Position numbers and translations under genes: made by a program. From Escherichia coli O127:H6 str. E2348/69 (GTDB lineage: Bacteria > Pseudomonadota > Gammaproteobacteria > Enterobacterales > Enterobacteriaceae), in NCBI RefSeq assembly GCF_000026545.1, contig NC_011601.1: a stretch of DNA of 64,000 nt. One strand, 5' to 3'. Below are positions 60,686-64,000 of the stretch, piece by piece (position 1 is the first letter of the stretch; each line of letters opens with the position of its first letter). The notes under the pieces are model-generated. The model did not search any database and was not told the DNA's origin. It saw nothing but the letters and a program-made list of their open reading frames with translations.

Positions 60686-61141
60686 ATGAACAATAATAAT
60701 GGCATAGCAAAGAATGATTGTGACTGGCTAACGGCCCTTGATTTTGTAAAGGATGTCAACGGTTCACCAACGCATCTCACTTTTTATATCTACCAAAAAA
60801 ATGCTTTCTTGCACGATTTTGGAAACTACTGGGTTCTATATATCGAGCTTAGTGGTGATTTTCGTCAGATTCCAACAGATACATTTATCAGACTCTGCAA
60901 TATCCTGGCCGTTAGTAAAGAATATAAACAAATGGGTATTTTCCTGTCTAATAAGAAGTGGTATCTTTGCCAAATTTTTCATAAAGATAATAATCATCGC
61001 GCAAACATGTCAAAAGCAATAATGCAACATACTCTCGCCTCGTTGCTCGACAAGCAATTTGATAAACTAGAGCAATCATCTTCATCAGATACAATGATGC
61101 CGCCAACACACTTGTTTTCTGATATAGGACGAATTGTGTAA
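60686..61141 (+). CDS. sepD: T3SS secretion switch protein SepD, 151 aa
   Basis: Canonical position and size. Confidence 0.9.
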   Translation: MNNNNGIAKNDCDWLTALDFVKDVNGSPTHLTFYIYQKNAFLHDFGNYWVLYIELSGDFRQIPTDTFIRLCNILAVSKEYKQMGIFLSNKKWYLCQIFHKDNNHRANMSKAIMQHTLASLLDKQFDKLEQSSSSDTMMPPTHLFSDIGRIV

Positions 61142-62679
61142 TGAAAAAAATAAGTTTTTTTATTTTTACAGCACTATTTTGCTGCAGTGCACAAGCTGCC
61201 CCGTCCTCTCTGGAAAAAAGATTAGGCAAGAACGAATATTTTATTATTACTAAAAGTTCTCCAGTACGTGCAATCCTTAATGACTTTGCTGCTAACTACA
61301 GCATTCCTGTTTTCATCAGTAGTTCCGTGAATGATGATTTCTCTGGCGAAATAAAAAATGAAAAACCTGTAAAAGTACTGGAAAAACTGTCCAAACTCTA
61401 TCATCTCACATGGTATTATGATGAGAACATCTTGTATATTTATAAAACAAATGAAATATCAAGAAGTATAATTACACCAACATATCTGGATATTGACTCA
61501 CTGCTAAAATATCTGAGTGATACAATCTCAGTAAACAAAAACTCTTGCAATGTGAGAAAAATTACGACATTTAACTCGATTGAAGTTCGGGGTGTTCCTG
61601 AATGTATAAAATATATTACATCTTTATCAGAAAGTCTTGATAAAGAGGCACAGTCTAAAGCCAAAAATAAAGATGTTGTTAAGGTCTTTAAACTGAACTA
61701 TGCGTCAGCGACAGATATAACATACAAATACCGTGACCAAAATGTTGTCGTCCCAGGTGTTGTCTCCATTCTGAAGACAATGGCAAGTAATGGTTCGCTT
61801 CCCAGTACCGGTAAAGGTGCCGTCGAGCGAAGCGGTAACCTGTTTGATAACAGTGTAACGATTTCCGCTGATCCACGTCTTAATGCAGTTGTTGTAAAAG
61901 ACCGCGAAATAACGATGGATATCTATCAGCAATTAATTTCTGAGCTTGATATTGAACAAAGGCAAATTGAAATTTCTGTCTCAATTATTGATGTTGATGC
62001 AAACGATCTTCAGCAGCTCGGCGTAAACTGGTCCGGTACGTTAAATGCAGGACAAGGTACGATTGCCTTTAATAGCTCTACCGCACAGGCTAATATCAGC
62101 TCTTCTGTGATAAGTAATGCCAGTAATTTTATGATTAGGGTGAATGCGTTACAACAGAACTCGAAAGCTAAAATACTCTCTCAGCCGTCAATTATAACCT
62201 TAAATAATATGCAGGCGATTCTTGATAAAAACGTAACGTTTTATACAAAAGTCTCCGGAGAAAAGGTGGCGTCTCTGGAAAGTATTACAAGCGGAACATT
62301 GCTGAGAGTGACACCACGTATACTTGATGACAGCTCGAATAGTCTTACCGGAAAACGTCGGGAACGAGTTCGTTTGTTACTTGATATTCAGGATGGCAAT
62401 CAATCGACTAACCAAAGCAATGCTCAGGATGCCAGCAGCACCTTACCTGAAGTACAAAATTCAGAAATGACAACAGAAGCGACATTAAGTGCAGGAGAAA
62501 GTTTATTACTTGGCGGATTTATCCAAGATAAAGAAAGTTCAAGTAAAGATGGTATACCGCTGTTAAGCGACATTCCTGTTATTGGTAGTTTATTCTCCAG
62601 TACGGTAAAACAAAAACATAGTGTTGTTCGACTCTTTTTAATTAAAGCAACCCCGATAAAATCTGCATCTAGCGAATAA
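61141..62679 (+). CDS. escC: T3SS outer-membrane secretin EscC, 512 aa
   Basis: It has a signal peptide MKKISFFIFTALFCCSAQA and the secretin C-domain ...GIPLLSDIPVIGSLF... Confidence 0.97.
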   Translation: MKKISFFIFTALFCCSAQAAPSSLEKRLGKNEYFIITKSSPVRAILNDFAANYSIPVFISSSVNDDFSGEIKNEKPVKVLEKLSKLYHLTWYYDENILYIYKTNEISRSIITPTYLDIDSLLKYLSDTISVNKNSCNVRKITTFNSIEVRGVPECIKYITSLSESLDKEAQSKAKNKDVVKVFKLNYASATDITYKYRDQNVVVPGVVSILKTMASNGSLPSTGKGAVERSGNLFDNSVTISADPRLNAVVVKDREITMDIYQQLISELDIEQRQIEISVSIIDVDANDLQQLGVNWSGTLNAGQGTIAFNSSTAQANISSSVISNASNFMIRVNALQQNSKAKILSQPSIITLNNMQAILDKNVTFYTKVSGEKVASLESITSGTLLRVTPRILDDSSNSLTGKRRERVRLLLDIQDGNQSTNQSNAQDASSTLPEVQNSEMTTEATLSAGESLLLGGFIQDKESSSKDGIPLLSDIPVIGSLFSSTVKQKHSVVRLFLIKATPIKSASSE

Positions 62680-62692
62680 TAAATGAGGCTTT

Positions 62693-63148
62693 ATGAGCAG
62701 GAAATTTAGCTCTCTAGAGGATATTTATGATTTCTACCAGGATGGTGGCACATTAGCGTCATTAACAAATCTGACACAACAAGATCTCAATGACCTTCAT
62801 TCTTATGCCTATACAGCATATCAATCTGGTGATGTAATAACCGCAAGAAATCTATTCCATTTGCTCACATATCTGGAACACTGGAATTATGACTACACCT
62901 TATCTCTGGGCTTATGCCATCAGCGTTTATCAAATCATGAAGATGCACAACTGTGTTTCGCACGCTGTGCAACTTTAGTTATGCAAGATCCCAGGGCATC
63001 TTATTATTCTGGAATTAGCTACTTACTCGTCGGAAATAAGAAAATGGCCAAGAAAGCCTTTAAGGCTTGTTTAATGTGGTGTAATGAAAAAGAAAAATAC
63101 ACTACATATAAAGAAAATATTAAAAAATTGTTAGGTAATACAGAGTAA
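62693..63148 (+). CDS. cesD: Translocator chaperone CesD (TPR class II), 151 aa
   Basis: Canonical last gene of LEE2, with TPR-like sequence. Confidence 0.9.
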   Translation: MSRKFSSLEDIYDFYQDGGTLASLTNLTQQDLNDLHSYAYTAYQSGDVITARNLFHLLTYLEHWNYDYTLSLGLCHQRLSNHEDAQLCFARCATLVMQDPRASYYSGISYLLVGNKKMAKKAFKACLMWCNEKEKYTTYKENIKKLLGNTE

Positions 63149-63531
63149 AAACTACCATCAGCTATACCAATCCCCAGGCTGACTGGGGATTTTCTATCGG
63201 AAATAATAAAGCTGCTATAGTGAAGTGCTCCCAAAGTTGAGCACCGACCACTGGTAGATTTATCTACAGGTGTGGGGTTATTCCATTAACCAGGATTTTA
63301 TGCCCTGAACTATCTTCTGCTGTATTTAATATCATTTCCGTTTATGAAACAATCTGTATATCTTAACTTAGCATTAGAAATCTGATCTTTCCAATCATCT
63401 ATAGCTCAGAGTATATTTGTCAGGAAATGACCTTCAAACTTTAGCCGAGAAAAAGGCTTACCCTGGAAAACAAAACCCTTAAATATAGCTTTATTTTTAT
63501 TCTTCTATAAAATATACTCAAAAAATTACGT

Positions 63532-63945
63532 CTAACTCTCCTTTTTCCGCCTCAAGATCATTTCGTTCCAGATATTAGACTGTCCCACAATACCATTACC
63601 AACTCGGTAGGTTTTTCTTTTTGGTCCGGTTGATCCAGGACTTTCTATCGGAACCGCCTCAAGGTTAACATCATAAATGAAAATCTCAAGGCGCTTATAA
63701 TGCAAATTACCATAACTAACATATCTGACACGAAATGAAATTTTTTCTTTTCTTCTCGATATATAAGTTATAATAAATGATGCTCTCCTCAGGTTTATAC
63801 CGAATGCTTCGGCAATATCATTGCGAGAAATCCATTTCTCCTGCAATTTACACCAAAGAGAAACCAAGATATACAGAGGTTCACCATCGTAATTCTTTAC
63901 TGAGTCAGGAATTACATAGTCGCCATTTTTATTTTTAGATTCCAT
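63532..63945 (-). CDS. grlA: Global regulator of LEE activator GrlA, 137 aa
   Basis: MESKNKNGDYVIPDSVKNYDGEPLYILVSLWCKLQEKWISRNDIAEAFGINLRRASFIITYISRRK... is a CaiF-like HTH protein in the canonical position. Confidence 0.9.
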   Translation of the reverse strand: MESKNKNGDYVIPDSVKNYDGEPLYILVSLWCKLQEKWISRNDIAEAFGINLRRASFIITYISRRKEKISFRVRYVSYGNLHYKRLEIFIYDVNLEAVPIESPGSTGPKRKTYRVGNGIVGQSNIWNEMILRRKKES

Positions 63946-64000
63946 TTTCCATATTCTTTTTATTTGATAAATAAATCGACATAAAAAACATACATAAAAA

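Larger units (their letters stand above)
38373..64000. mobile_element. Locus of enterocyte effacement (LEE) pathogenicity island inserted at selC, espF-proximal end; continues beyond the window
   Basis: The canonical order espF ... sepL, escD, eae, cesT, tir, map, cesF, espH, LEE3, LEE2, grlA starts immediately 3' of selC. It is markedly AT-rich relative to the core. Confidence 0.95.

Noticed and set aside
38373-64000. LEE genes as candidate novel system
   Set aside because: Gene order, sizes and sequences match the canonical, extensively characterised LEE. I saw no extra or missing ORFs in this portion.

Overview
This is Escherichia coli chromosome covering the rph-yicC to selC interval of an EPEC-type strain. 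Gene sizes for EspF (3 repeats), EspB, Tir and alpha-type intimin look E2348/69-like. There are four blocks. (1) 1-1280 and 12425-27030 are conserved core, in K-12 order: rph', yicC, dinD, yicG, ligB, gmk, rpoZ, spoT, trmH, recG, gltS, xanP, yicH. (2) 1282-12424 is an 11.1-kb island absent from K-12 at this position, flanked by perfect 19-bp direct repeats. It has a P4-type integrase at one end, and AlpA plus a P4 alpha-like primase-helicase at the other. It also carries two clusters of P4-type TGTTCACC iterons. I found no sid/delta/psu, capsid or cos functions. The position next to int matches the variable gop-beta-cII region of P4. It holds two uncharacterised, convergent cargo operons, which are my best candidates for an undescribed system, probably anti-phage or addiction. 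One is a 4-gene translationally coupled operon ending in a stand-alone FtsH-like (HEAGH) metalloprotease. The other is a 2-gene operon of an unknown 215-aa protein plus an XRE-HTH/ImmA-IrrE (HEIGH) peptidase fusion. (3) 27037-34274 is an 8-gene PTS/aldolase/ROK-kinase/cupin sugar island between yicH and yicI, matching what I recall of the ExPEC frz operon. (4) yicI, yicJ and tRNA-Sec (selC) are followed from 38373 by the LEE pathogenicity island. The LEE runs from espF through LEE4, LEE5/tir-cesT-eae, LEE3 and LEE2 to grlA and off the window end. Its gene order is canonical, with an IS3-family transposase remnant at the selC junction. I saw no rRNA and no CRISPR array. All calls come from reading the sequence and ORF track by eye, with no database search.
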